From Amoebidium appalachense (Eukaryota > Protista > Ichthyosporea), in the NCBI GenBank assembly GCA_963693365.1, contig CAVNZM010000008.1:5898330-5962329 (forward strand): DNA of 64,000 bases, in the 5' to 3' direction. The notes under the pieces were generated by a model. That model was not told the DNA's origin. It worked only from the letters and a program-made list of their open reading frames with translations, and did not search any database. Of the stretch, positions 16,558 to 31,250 are shown one piece after another (positions within the stretch are counted from its first letter, which is position 1; each line of letters begins with the position of its first letter). The position numbers were made by a program, and so were the translations under genes.

Positions 16558-17118
16558 GGGGGGGGAGGGGAGGGAGAAGGGGGGGGGGGGGAGGAGGGGG
16601 AGGGAGAAGGGGGGGGGGGGGGGGGGGGGTTGGTTGGGAAGGCGCACTGGTGCAAGGGGATACTATTGCAGATGCGAGGAAAGTGTGGTCTCTATAGATC
16701 ATTTGACGTACCCATCTAGTCATGTTCCCTTAACCCTAGTCCTGATACCTATATCTCCAATTTACACTCAGAGTGGCGGCTAATTCTTTAATTTCCTTTT
16801 TGCAGGGGGGTTTTCAACGAAAGTGTTCACACGTCGAACGATCTCATAGCCACCCTCAACTCGTTGAACCGTGACCTCTTTCCTGTCCCACACATCAACC
16901 TCGAAGGTTTCAACCTCGATAAGTTCCAGCATGACGTTTTGTCCAACGGGGCCGATGTGTCTCCCTCCCTACCACCACACTCACCTACCGAGGTAAGGAA
17001 GCTATTTCTTCCCTCTAAGGTGTTTTTTCTGTGACTACTGCACGGGACACGCTCGAGGAAAGGTGTGCGCGCACACACACGCGTGCGTACACACACACAC
17101 ACACACTTACTCACACAT

Positions 17119-17194
<76 letters not shown>

Positions 17195-17447
17195 ATACAC
17201 ACAAACATGCACACACAGCTGCAAGCCCCCCTCTCCCCCCCTCCCCCCTCCCCACACCTTTACCCTAAATGAGAAGACAAGAGAACAAAAAACCCCTTCA
17301 AACACCTTCTTCTTTCCTTTTTCTCGCCATTTCATTCATACATCTTGGTTGTCTCGTAGAATGCTGTTTGTGGTAGGGTTGGCCACCTTTTTTTTTTTTT
17401 TTTTTTTTTTTTTCCCTCCTGGTTGTTGGCCTTCGGGTGGGGGGAGG

Positions 17448-17491
<44 letters not shown>

Positions 17492-18366
17492 CTTTAAAAC
17501 ACACACACACAGAGTGAGAGATGCAGACACACAAAGGCATCACAATCGTGCTTGCAAGCACACAGACAAGAACAGATAAACTAATTTGCAGTTTGCTTGA
17601 CTTTTTCACCACGCACACATAGGCTGACTCACAATCCCCCTTCCCCCCCCCCCCCCCCCCCCCGGCCCCTCTCTCCCCCCGGGGCCTTTCCCCCCTCTCC
17701 CTCCCCCGCCCCCCCCCCCCCCCCCCCCCTCCCCTCACCACCACCACCACCACCACAACAGGCACACACACGCACACACACATGCAAGGACAATCCCCCC
17801 TCCCCCCCCCCCCCTCCCCCCTCCCCCCCACACCCCCACCCCACAAACACACACACACACGAACACAAACAGAGCTACGCCAACGCGTCGACCACATCGC
17901 TCATCCTCCCCTCTGACTTTGCCCTCGCTGGTGGGGGAGGAGTAGGCTCCAATTATGCAAGTCCAGAAATACCGCCAACATCCATCGACCAACGTCGAAA
18001 TTTCAGCCCAAAGATGTTAGATAGTTCGATCCGGAGCCCACGAAGATCTCTTAGTATTCAACTGAGCCACGATCCGATTGCTGCCGATCCCACACGATTA
18101 TCGAGCAACAGTATAGACTTTGGCCGCTCGCCTAAAAGTTCGAGTGCAAATCTAGGACTCAGGCCGATGGGTCGACCGAGATCGTATTCCGATCTGACTC
18201 TGGGTGGTGCCCAGTATGTGGGATACGATTCTATGCTGCAGGCACACAATAACATGGCCAGACAACGTATGCTGCCTCCCCTCAAACCCTCCCCCCCCCC
18301 CTCTTCCACCCCCACGAACCGAACGCATTCCTGCATGCTGGGAAAGATACCTGCAACTTTGCGGAC

Positions 18367-18401
<35 letters not shown>

Positions 18402-18731
18402 ACCACCACCACCACCACCACCACCACCACCACCACCACCACCAACACCCACCCACCCAACTGCTACCACCATCACCGCCACGCTACCTTCTCCCTCTCC
18501 ATCTGTTATCCTCTTCCCCCCCCTTCCCCCCCCCCCCCCCCCCCCCCCCCCACCCCCCACTTCCCCCCTTCTCCCATTCTCCCCTCTCCACACACACACA
18601 TACATACAACCCGTTAAAAAGAGCACCCACATGCTCTGCTTCTACGATATCAACAAATAGTTACATGAAGGTGCCACCTGCAGCCTGACTTGGCCTATCT
18701 TTCTCCTTCTATCCCTCCCTCTCTTCCAAGG

Positions 18732-18807
<76 letters not shown>

Positions 18808-18867
18808 GCATGACCGATGCCATCAATTGTACACGTATTCTGCGGTGAATTCTAACCCTCCTCCCCT

Positions 18868-18922
<55 letters not shown>

Positions 18923-18965
18923 CCAACCAGTCAACCAACCAACCAACCAACCAACAACCCCCCTC

Positions 18966-18996
<31 letters not shown>

Positions 18997-19536
18997 AAAA
19001 AAAAATAGAGTAAAAAATAAAATAAAACAAACAAACAAACAAACAAACAAACAAACCAAAATACAGAATCCATGTCTGCCGTACCCTTGGAAACCATGAC
19101 ACTGACATCGCCCAACCGCAATAGAGAATCAGCATCACCAACAGAAAACGACGGTATGTGTGTGCTCCATCCACACTACAGCATACCTTCTCCCCCTCCC
19201 CCTCCCCCTCCCCCCACCCTTCCCCCCCATCTCTTCTTTGCCCCGGCACTCCCCCCCCCCCCCCCCCCCCCCCCCTCCCCCCCACCCGCCCCCGCACCCC
19301 ACTCTCACCCCTTAACCCCGCATGTCCTGAGCAGGCCTAGGAAATTTCTGGATGATGGGCTTTGTTGGTGTGTCTTCTGGCTGCACGTTAGCTTGGTTCC
19401 TGATTTCTTATTTTGTTATGTTGTACGCAAATAGCTTTTCTTCGGTGGTCTCTGCCCTTTCATCACCCCCATCACCCCCCTCCTCCCCCCCTCGCCCCGT
19501 GTGTGGGCTCGCACGCACGCGCGCGCGCGCGCACGT

Positions 19537-19621
<85 letters not shown>

Positions 19622-19928
19622 AAGTGACAACCATCGTGCACGCAGGCAGGCTTACACAAGTTCAACAACCACTCGAAAGCTGCTGCTTTGGCCTGTTTCC
19701 TTTATTCCATCCAACCTTTTTTCCCACCTTGTTTTTTCTTTCACTTTTTTTTTTTTTTTGTTGTGGTTTCTTTTCGAACCTTATTTTGAAGAATAGCTCG
19801 ATTGCCAAACCCAACATTGAATGGTAGCAATGATTAATGCGCAATCAATGCCCCCTTTTTTTAAGACAAATTCACCGACTATTGTTGTAAAGTGTGTCGT
19901 TCATTTCTTGCATCTGAACTCCAGAGAA

Positions 19929-19979
<51 letters not shown>

Positions 19980-20464
19980 CCCCACCACACACACATGAAA
20001 TATGGAGTAACACAACAAATCGGCCATTTTCCGGATCAGTATGGCACATGTTTTAACGGCCGCGAAAGATGTTAAACAATTTTAAAGCAAGCAATCCCTC
20101 CCATCAGATTTCGACTTTAGCGCCCTGGACCGAGAGTTTGGATCGTTCGACCAGTTTGCCGATCAGGGGGAGAGGACAGATGAGGGGCAGGCGGCGCAAA
20201 GTGGCCCAATGGGGAGAAGGCAGATGCACGTGCTATCGGAGAAGGTGTGTGTATGTGTGTCTGGGAGGAGGTGGGGGTTGAAGGGGAGGGGGAGGGGGTG
20301 AGGAGAGGGGAGACCGGTTGTTGTGTGGATGTGTGTGAGTGGGTTTTGGAGGGGGGAGGAGGGGAGGGGGGGGGGGGGGGGGGGGGCTTGCGTGTGCGTG
20401 TGTGTGGGGGAGGTGGGGGGGGGGGGGGGGGGGGAGGACAGGGAGAGGGGAAGGGGGGCTGGTT

Positions 20465-20551
<87 letters not shown>

Positions 20552-21200
20552 CGCGCGCGCGCGCGCACGCGTGCGTGCGGCGAAAGAGGGGGCAGAGGGA
20601 GGGAGAGAGGGGGAGGGGCTAGCACGTGTCTTGACTGAGGTTGGTGTGGGTGGGTGTTTGTATGACAGGATGGCATATGCAGCTGCTTGACGGAGCTGTA
20701 AGTGGTGGTGCTGTTTCTGTGTGTGTGTGTCCCCCAGGGGGGGGGGGGGGGGGGGGGGGGTTGGACGATATTGGTCCTTATGCGTCCAGAGTTGTAATGT
20801 GATCATACCCAGTGCCAAACTCTTCATGTCAATGTGTTGGTTGGTGCATATTAGGGGGGAGAAAGGGGAGAGAGGGGGAGGGGGGGAGGGGGGGAGGGGG
20901 GAGGGGGGGAGGCATTCGGCAATGTTATTGGTGTGGCACGATTCCCCCCTTTCCCCCCATCCCCCCCATCCTTCCCCACCACACATGACCAGGCACACAC
21001 AAACGTACACACACATGCACACTTCAACATCACCACAATCCCTTCTCCCCCCCCCCCCCCCCCCCCTCCCCCCCCCCCCCCCCCCCCCCCGTTCTTTTTT
21101 CTCTTGAGATTTCCCTTCAATTTATTCTCTGTGTGCTGTGTGTACATTGATTTCCATTTTCCTGGCCGGAGGTTTTTTTTCTTTTCTTTTTTTTTTTTTT

Positions 21201-21243
<43 letters not shown>

Positions 21244-21409
21244 CTGGCCATTTAGTGTGGTAGGCATGCAGTCACTTGGTGGGGGCTGTTAATGGCTGAA
21301 AGGAGAGTTCTGTAACCTGGGGTTGCGTTGTGGGACAGATGATATGTACTTGGTTCCCAACTCCTTCGCCCGGGGTGGAGGTTGGTTTTTTTGTTTTTTT
21401 TTTGTCTGT

Positions 21410-21448
<39 letters not shown>

Positions 21449-22011
21449 CAATATAGGTGCTTGTGTGTGTGTGCATGTATATCGATAATGTGTTGTGTGT
21501 GTGCTGGTAGTGTGGTGGTGCCAGCAGTGTGTTGTGCTTTTGTATCGGTAATGTCTGGTTGGGTCTGTGTTGGGTGTCAATGAGTTTGGTTTGTGAAGCT
21601 AATTCACTCTTTGAATGCAGAAACGGCGGCAGAATCTGAAGGAGAAATTCGACGAGTTGGTGCGATTGGTTCCCCACTGCAGAGAAAAGACGAGCAAGGT
21701 CGACATATTGCAGAAGGTAGGGTCTGTTAAATGTCGTTTATTATCTTCCCTTTTTTTTTTCTATTTATTTATTATTTCGTTCGTTCTTTCTTTCTTTCTT
21801 TTCTTTCTACTTTTTTTTTTCTTTTTTTTTTTTTCTCTTGGGTTTCGTGAGCCTGGAAGTTATGTCTCAAAGTTTATGCCCATGTTAGAACTGTGTGGCG
21901 AAGTGTCAACAATAACACCAACAACAACTCTCTTACTCGTGTGGTTTTTTTTGTTTTGTTTTTTTTTTGGAAAGGGAGAGGCGTGTAAAAAAAAAATTAT
22001 TTTTATTTTTT

Positions 22012-22042
<31 letters not shown>

Positions 22043-22142
22043 GGGGATCGGTTTTGTTTTCACATACCAGCACATTGTATTGGTCTCCTAAAAACACGCA
22101 CATGGGAGCACGCCTGTACACAAGCACAAGGACACACACGCG

Positions 22143-22210
<68 letters not shown>

Positions 22211-22261
22211 TGTGTGTGTGTGTATAATACACATGTGTGTGTGTGTACACACACACACACA

Positions 22262-22358
<97 letters not shown>

Positions 22359-22375
22359 CGAGGCTCTCTCTCCGA

Positions 22376-22416
<41 letters not shown>

Positions 22417-22443
22417 CGCGCGCGCGCTCACTCACTCACTCAC

Positions 22444-22485
<42 letters not shown>

Positions 22486-22904
22486 ACCCTCACACACACG
22501 TGAACGTCCTACCGCAGACCACCGACTACATCTACTATCTCAAGAAACAAATCGAGAAGGTGCATCTAGAAAACGTCCAACTCAAACAAAACTATGCAAA
22601 AGTATGGAAGGACCAGCCGGCTTTACCCCCCTCTGCATTCATCGGTGGTGCGGCACCAGCAGGCCATTGGCCGCGAGGCAGCATCCCAATGATGCCGCAG
22701 CAGCCAATCAGCATGGGGCCACCAATGCCTCGGCCCATGAAAATACCGATAAGTCCGGCGCCGGCCAATCACGCACGACCGCTGGTGCCGAATATGGGGT
22801 CTCAGCCGCTGATGCAGGAGGTACCCGGACAGCACATGCGGAGGGCCAACAGCACAAACAGCCTCAACACATTGGCCGGACTGGGCCTGCATCGTGCGCT
22901 ATAA
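15211..22904 (+). CDS. bHLH-leucine zipper transcription factor of the Myc/Max/Mlx network (Mlx-like); exons 15211-15245, 16806-16992, 17873-18266, 19067-19153, 20108-20244, 21621-21716, 22518-22904
   Basis: Spliced product contains [10 protein letters not shown]|[32 protein letters not shown]|[24 protein letters not shown], with the H-E-R residues of E-box binders. All junctions are GT-AG and phase-compatible. The first exon is the least certain. Confidence 0.85.
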
Positions 22905-24758
22905 TGGCAACAGGCCACGCTGCTGGTGCTTGCTAGAAAGTCGGTGTTTAATACTATAGATCTAGAGTATCTGATACCTTGTACTAAATATGTTGCCAGA
23001 TAGCGAAATTCTATGTGCGACAGTTCGCCTGAAGCCACAAAGGGGTTTTTCACACCCAAGTACGTATGACATTGTGGCAATTTGGAATGAATGGGGTTTG
23101 TCGGGTTAGGGTCACATGCTCTTTGGTTGCATCAAAAATGAACATGAATGTGTTATGTTGACATATTTGCTGTAACGTTAACGACTTACTTTTTCAACAT
23201 TCGAATGAGGGCCAGTGCTGTTTAGCCACTTTCAGATGCTGTTCGCATAGGACCACCCAGATTGTGGTCTCGGTGCATGTTCTTTATGGTCACATCATTA
23301 AGTTTTGTATTATTACGAAACCCGAGATATCTGCTCGTATGCGCACTCAGCTAGCGGACGGCGTTCCAAGCCTCATTTAATGGAGCCCTTCTAGTCACAC
23401 TGTGAGAGACCGCGGCGCGCAAATACAAAAGGCAGCGGAAAACCAGGAAAAAAAACAAAATAAACAAGGTTAAAGCTCGTGCCTTTACAACTTATAAAAG
23501 GCAAGCAAGGATCGAGGCCTTGTACAAGCACACATGTACTATTATAATAGAAAGACGGTGACTGCTCACCGGTTACCGGCTGGCGCTGCTCGAGCTCCAG
23601 CCTCTAGCTGTTCCCCGTACAGCATTTTGTAGAAACAGCTGAGCCTCACGTGACCAGGCTGCATGTTGTGAATGAAACGCGCAGCTTTTCTACGTTTCTC
23701 GGGCAGATCTTGGTGTAAGATGAGCGGTGTTGTGCAAGTCACACTTCGCTTACGTACAAACCAGAGCATGCCAGGCGGTGCGCTCCGAACCAATCCCCAT
23801 AGTCAGATTGTTATCAGGTACTATTTCCGTTAAGCCAATAGGAAAAGATAACTAATCCAATAGCCTCACTACAGTAGTTACCATATATGACGTGTGTTCC
23901 GCTTACTTGCCTTAAATAGTAAGCCTCCCCGTTTTGCCCCACTCTCCTCAGACAAGTGATATAAACTGAGTTCGACAGAGGCTGGCTGGATCAGTCTACA
24001 GAATTCGGCATACTGTATGTCTCTTTTCTGAGAAGGAGAGCTGTGCCACAGACTCGCACTCGTGTTTCATCACATTTCTGTTGTGGACGTCGTCTGTAAA
24101 CTGAGAGCTCAGTCGTGTACGAAAGCTAATTTGGCCGGCATATGCAAGTAAAGGAACGTTTTTGTGCCGCCGGGCGCAATGGTTGCGCCTGAAAGATCAT
24201 CTTTGGACGTTACCCTGTAATCGTGCCGTTAATAATACCCCTCTTGCAACCTCTACTACAGTAATGATTGTGCCATCTTTAATACCTAGAAAAACAAATG
24301 TCATGCCATGATATGGCGCTGCTTATGTACTAGTATGAATCATTGGCACTTCAAACGTGGTGAACCTCTTTCAACAACTTGTTGTTCGAAGGAATCGATC
24401 TGATCGAGAAGCCTCATTTCTCCCACTTGTCTTTCACATTTGCACGTTGCCTGTCCTTATCTATTGTCACTTCTTTCTCTTTTTCATTTTTATTACATTG
24501 TCAACTCTATCAAGCTTGACAACTATCTCCAAAGCTCTAGAGTCCCTGGAGATAGTTGCCAAGCTTGATAGAGTTACAACCTCTCATATTCTGCAAGCTT
24601 CATCTGTCATGTTCAGTTGCACCTGTCTCCCTCTTCTTGTTTCTAGATCTGATGTTCTGCTACTCCTTAAGCTTGGTTTACAGGTTGTATATAGTTCATT
24701 ATCTAGGGCTGGTTGATTTGGTTGGTCTGATTGCTCCTGTTGTTACGTCCTCTAGATC

Positions 24759-24802
24759 TTCAGAGTACGAGAGCAATAGATCTATTGCTCTCGTACTCTG
24801 AA
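24759..24802. repeat. 44-bp perfect loop-less palindrome
   Basis: ttcagagtacgagagcaataga|tctattgctctcgtactctgaa; no target duplication found. Confidence 0.95.
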
Positions 24803-25149
24803 TCGTCCGGGCATGATGAGACGCTGCCGAGTCTGAGAGTGCCTACAAGGAGGCCGAAACGGCGCTGGACCAGTGGCAAGTTATTGAACAGGCGGTTCAG
24901 AATCTGCAACGTTCCCAGGTTCCATACACTACGGCAAGAGCCCCCTCCCCCCTCAGTCCCCTCCCCCCTCCCTGTTGTATAATATGATCGTGTGACAAAC
25001 AATATGTTTATAAATGAACGGGGTTGACTAGACCACGCTTTGCTTAGTTACGTGCACAGCTGAGCTACACCCCCTGCAGCGCTAGTTCTTGTGCTGCAAG
25101 TGTGCTCGTATCAAGCAAGTACTATGTTTTTAGTTGTTTGGGTCCTAAC

Positions 25150-26998
25150 ATGTCTAACCACCTTGGTGACAACAATGCCGGCCCTAGTGGCCTGCATGGG
25201 GGGGAAGCTAGAAACGCCGACCTCATTTTCCTTGAAGAACTCGGCTATAATGTTCCCCTTTCCCCCCCCGGCTCTTCACCGTGGCACCCTGCTGGAGCAG
25301 ACATTCCGTTGCTCGACCGTGTCTACTTCCGTTCACACGACTTGCAACACGACAATCAATACTGCTTCTCTTTTCATTCAGGGGAAACCGACTACGGCCA
25401 ATCATTTGACCCCGAAGACCTGCCACCTGAAGACAATCGACATTCATCAGTCGACCTTCTCCACGGGCTGGAAGTCGAGATCAACTCAAACGCAAGCCGA
25501 GGCACCAGACGCCCTGATACGCGCCCTAACGGAGTATGCAAAATTGCACAACAAGACGGGCGTGAGCCTGGCAGCTTGGTGCTGGTGCGTCTTGGGTGTC
25601 TCCTTCTGTTTGTGCTGCTGGCATTTTTGGTATCGAAGTTTGCCAGCTGTACAGCGCGCACGGCACTGTACCGTTCGTCGACGGCACTCACCATGCTCCA
25701 CCAACAACTACTCGCCCTCGCGAATGTATTCACTTCCAGGCAAAACTACGCGTGCCTTTCAGGGCAGTCTTCCCCCATCACTAAGTCACATGAATTTATC
25801 AATCAGTTAGTGACTCTTAGTCGTGGTGAGCTCGACCTAGTGGTTACTTATTATGGTAACCGGGGCCCTCGAAAATTTCATCCAAGCATGCTCCCCTCGT
25901 GGGTTCGTGCCGGACGGGGCCCCCGTAAGAACTCTGGCCGAGGTGGTAGGGGTGGACGTGGAGGTGGCCGGGGGGGGCATAACAACCCCCCTCCTGCTGC
26001 CAACGAAAATGGGGATGGTAATGCAGGTGGCGGTGGCCCCCCACCTCCCCCGGACGGTGGTGCTGACGGTGGTGCCGGTGGTGCTAATGGTGCCGGAGGT
26101 GCTAACGGTGCTGGTGGTGACGACGGTGACGGTGGTGATGACGGTGACGGTAACGACGGCAACGGTGACGACCGGGAGGGGAAGGAAAAGATTCAACACA
26201 TCCCCTCAGCAGCAATTCAGTCCCGTCCTATGCTCGAGGCAGATGCCGATATCGACGAATTCTACAAACAACTCCAACATCATTTAATTTTCTTTTGTAT
26301 TATGGAGTTGGTGGGCTTAAATCGCACGTTGATGTTTATTCGTATGTGCATGGGCCCCGGGGACCCCCGAGATGCTGCCGACAACGTCGACCTTTCCACG
26401 TGCACCGGCATCGACGATTTTTGGGCTAAGTTCCTTGAGAAGTATTTAGACAAGGAACGTAAGGAGGAGCATTTTAACGAGCTGAACAAGCTTCGTTTTA
26501 TGCACACTCGGGCCTCGATAAAGACATTCCACAAGAAATTTAATTGCATCGTCTCCAACTCGGGTCTCAAGAACATGCCCGAGGTTGTGCTTCATCATTA
26601 CCAACGTACCCTCAACGACTACCCGGACCTTTGTTCCGAGGCCCGGGGCCCCTGCCACCACCCTCAAACAAGCCATGGGCCGTGTCATCCGACGGTATGA
26701 GGCTGATGTGGGTGCTCACAATTTAAAATGTAACCGTAATGTGGGTGCTGTAGATGAGATGGGTGGTGGTAGTGGGGGGCATGGTGGTGGTGGTGGTGGT
26801 CACGGGGGTGGCCACGGAGGTAGTGGGGGTAATGTTGGTGGTAAGGGTAAATCTAATGGGGGGGGCAAATGGGCTAAGGATAATAAGAAAGATAAGAGGG
26901 GGCCCAATTGTTGGGCTTGCAAGCAGCCGGGGCATCGTTTTAAAGATTGCCCCACCCGAGCTGCCAAGAAGAACAAGGGCAAGCAAAGTGATAAATAG
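25150..26998 (+). pseudogene. gag: gag-like ORF with one frameshift (~26640) and a C-terminal CCHC zinc knuckle
   Basis: ORFs 25102..26700 and 26585..26998 overlap. CWACKQPGHRFKDC fits CX2CX4HX4C. A helical capsid-like segment reads FWAKFLEKYL...LNKLRF...SIKTFHKKF. Confidence 0.8.
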
Positions 26999-27052
26999 GT
27001 AATTGCCGGTGCTGGAAGCACGAATACGGCATGTATTGCACATTGTGACCCA

Positions 27053-30000
27053 GTGGGTCACGAAAAAGTAATTAAAAATGTGCCTATACCATGTGCTTCT
27101 GCCCCGGCTTCTTCTGATATTCCCCCCTCCGAGCCCCCTTCCCCCGACCCCCGACCCCCCACCCGCCCACACCTATCCCCCCCCACAAAGAAACTTCGAA
27201 CACTCGATAGAATAAGAAAAGTGTTCGATATAAGTGCCATATGCAATGCAGGAAGACGTATCTATGTTAATGTTACGTTGAGTAATGAAAAATACTTTGC
27301 ATTGTTTGACACTGGGGCATCATTCACGGTGGTTAGTGAAGCTGTTTTTTTCCCGACACATGCAGGAGTTTGCTTTGCAACCCTCGGATGTGATTGTTAC
27401 TTCTGTAAGGAAAAACGATAAAGCTCTAGCTGTGAGTGGTGAAGTGATGCTCCCGTTATGCCTCGGTTCTCAAACATTCATGTGGCCTTGCTTAGTAATT
27501 AAAAATATTAAGCATGACATGATTATTGGGAACGATTTTGCCAACAAACACATTGCCACCACTAATCATCAAGCACACTCACTAACACTGGTGTCGGGGA
27601 TGGTGGTGCCGACGTCATCTTTGCACACCCCCTACACAATGTGTCCTGTTACCGTCAAGCACGACACCACCGTCAAATCTGGCTTTGGATGTGTATTACG
27701 TGCAACGGTGCAGGTGACTGCTGCTGCTGCTGCTGCTGGCACCCTCGGTATCTTCGAGCCTACTCGTGAATTTCGAGATAAGTTCCCCCCCACCATCTGT
27801 GAAATTAGTGTGGATAAATCTATTGCTGTTGTGTGCGAAAATGGTGTGGGTCCGGATTTGAACGTGTTCGGTACCATCGGTCATTTCGTTCCTACGAGCC
27901 GACATGAGTACATACACGAACTGAGTGTTTTGCAAGCCGAACCCCACCCCAGTCGTACACAAACCGTCGTTGGTGCAATAGCGCAGTGCATCAGGTGGGC
28001 AACGGGGGTGGAGAAGGTTGCCTACCCAATTCACCTCCGGCCGTGCCACCGGGCCGGGTGCCTACCGATAACATGTGTGGGCACGAAGGGCAGGTGAGTG
28101 GGACACGAGGCGGTCCGATACACTCACCGATCGACCAATCAATGTGTGCTGTTGATCATGAAACCCCCCCCCCCCCCCGCGAAAAATTTCGGAAATTTCG
28201 GGTGGGGGTGCACACACACACGATGCCGGCCAGGCTCCCCACGGTTTTGATTGGAATAGGGTGCCTCAGAGTATGCTTCCGGAGGTTAAGAAACTATTAG
28301 AAGCACACTCTCGTTGCTTCATCACTACGGACCCCGACGAATTTCCTCAGATTAAAGGATTCACCATGCACATAGACACGGGAGATAACACACCGATTCG
28401 ATTAAAACAGTGGAGGTTGGAACAAGTGAAAGAGCAGGCTGCAAAGGAGATCGTGGAGGATATGTGTCGTAGAGGGCAGATGGAACAAGCACACAGTCAG
28501 TATAATTCACCCACCTTCGTAATACGAAAACCAAACGGAAAATACCGTCTGCTGACTGATTTTCGTGCTCTTAACAAGCAAATTCGAAAATCTGCCTGGC
28601 CCATGCCCAACTTGCAACAACAAATAGAGAAGTTGGCTGGGTATAAGTATTTCTGTAAAGCAGATATGTATGTCGGGTGCCTTTTACCAAATACTGCTAG
28701 ACGCTGAGTCACGTGAAAAAACAGGATTTTCTGTGGCTGGGGTGCAGTATCGTTATTGTGTGGCACCACAGGGGCTCAGTACTTCCCCGTCCCAGCTAGC
28801 ATCTATCATGACACAGATTTTGGCCCCCCTGGCCGATGATGTGGTGATATATGCCGATGATTTAGCTGTGGGTGCACACACCGAAACAGAATTAATACAG
28901 AAGCTTGACCGACTTTTCACCCGTCTCGGTGAATATGGTGTTAAGCTCGATGGGGCAAAGACATATATTGGGCTAACGGAAATACCGTTTTTGGGTTGGA
29001 TTGTAGGTGTGAATGGCATTCGGCCCGACCCGAAAAAGGTTCAGGCAGTGAAAGATTGGCCGGTACCAAACACACTACACCAACTCCGGGGTTTTCTGGG
29101 TATTACTTCCTATCTCCGCCGTCACATTTTAAATTACGCAGAGCGAGCCCGACCCATGAATGCCGAGTGTCACGGAGAAAAACACCGACGGTTAAAATGG
29201 ACGGACGAATTAGATCGCTCGTTTAAAGATTTAAAATCGACGTTATCGGAGGAAGTGCTTGCCCTGCCCGATCTTTCCCCCACGGGGGGTCAGTTTCTTA
29301 TTCGTTGTGATGCTAGTCGGTTCTCGGAAGGGGCTTGCCTGTATCAAAAACAAAAAGATGGCAAGTTCCGCACGGTGGCATATGCCTCCCGGATGTTTCA
29401 ACCTACCGAACGTAGGTGGAGCAACATCGAACGAGAAACGCATGCAATCTATTGGGCACTGAAAGAGTTTAGGGTGTACGTGTATGGTCGAGTAAATACT
29501 ATTGTGGAAAGTGACCATAAGCCCTGTCTTTCTCTTAAAGGTGTCAAACGGATAGCAAACGAACGGATGCAACGGTGGGCTTTGGAAATGCAGGAGTATG
29601 ATTTCGATCTATACTACCGTCCTGGCCCTACCATGCACGATGCTGATGGGTTAAGCCGTATAGGATATATTCTGCATGAGAACGAAAACATACCACTGGA
29701 AAGGTGGGATGTGAAAAAGGAATTACAAGAGGTTCTCACAGCAGATTTATCCGAGCTTAGCTCGAAACCAGCAGAAGTGTTTGTTGATTGGGGTGATGCA
29801 CTCGAATTCACACACATTTTCGATCCAGACCGCTTGAAATGTGCACAAATTTCTGCACTCAGTCAAGCCGGCCTGCCCTCCCTTTCTGCACTCGGTGGTG
29901 CCGGCTATCAGAAGGAAGCAATTATGATGGCACAGGGGGGGACAAAATGTGTAAGGATATAATCACGTGGCTACGGTGGCTTGCCTCCCTCGATGCCGAG

Positions 30001-31250
30001 GCCAAACGAGAATGGCAGGCAGGGGGGGAACGAGCTGCACACGGTCTTAATCTTGAGTATTTCGGATACAAAAAGGTTAAGAAAATAGCACAAATGTGTG
30101 TGATAGAGGATGACGTGCTTTATCATGTGGCTAAGGATGGTCGTCGTTGCCTGTATGTGCCCGAAATCCTTCGTGCTGATTTATTAAGAAGTGTGCACGA
30201 CGGGGGGGGCTCATACTGGCATTGAACGAACTTACGAAAGATTATACAATTATTATTGGCCACGCATGCACAAAGATATCACTGCTTATGTGAATGCCTG
30301 CACACAGTGCCAAGGCCGTAACGATAACCCACACTTGAGAAGTAGGCCATTTGAACAGAGATACGAAAATTTAAAAATGTTCTCTCGTGTTTCTGTTGAC
30401 CTTATGGGTCCGTTCACAGAAACGAAAAATGGTAATACTTTCATTTGTGTGTTTATGGATATGCCAACGAAGTATTTAATCACTGTGCCCATCCAATCTA
30501 AGCATGCCGTTAATGTTGCACATGCACTCATGAATGTAATTTGCTATATACAGGGCCCCCCTCGTACACTCTTGAGTGATCAGGGATCAGAATTTCTCAA
30601 TGAGCTCATTATTGAGATTTGCCGTATAGCAAATATTGCACAAGTGAGCACCTCTGCATATCACCCACAAAGCAACGGTTCCAATGAACGGTCTCATAGA
30701 TTTATTAATAATGCACTCTCAAAGTACGTTAATTATGAGCACACTAATTGGGACACCCTGTTGCCGGTGGTTACACATGCATACAACACAACAACACACA
30801 AAATTTTGCAATGTACACCGTATTATCTTGTGTACGGGCAAGAAGCAACACAATTCCCTGACGTTGCCCTTCTTAGCAGTAACCACCCGGCACTCAAGGA
30901 CCCAAAGTGGAAGGCATACCGGCGAGAGTTACTAGCCCGTCTGCCTCTGCTCCGTGCTGTGGTCCAGCAACGTGCCGTACGAGAGCCCCCAGGCCCCTCG
31001 GTGGCTCGTGAATTTGAGAAGGGTGCACGGATACGTGTTCGGAATCAAGCCAAAAATATCGGTGCCTGGGATGTACGGTGGATTACGGGTTACGAAATCG
31101 TCAAAAGGGTCGGCCCGGTCACGTACGAGATCCGAAGCTTAGCAACTATGAAGAAATCTAAGTGGCACTTTGACGATATTCAGCTTGAATTGAGTGAGCA
31201 AAATAGAATTCGGCCTCAAGATCTCTCTCATGATAATTCGCACAGATCTA
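27053..31250 (+). pseudogene. pol: pol (aspartic protease, RT, RNase H, integrase) broken by several frameshifts
   Basis: Protease ALFDTGAS. RT motifs YNSPTFVIRKPNGKYRLLTDFRALN, PQGL and IYADD. RNase H motifs CDAS, VAYASR, ERE and SDHKP. Integrase HTG...YYWP...CTQC, VSVDL, SDQGSEF and YHPQSNGSNER. Confidence 0.95.
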
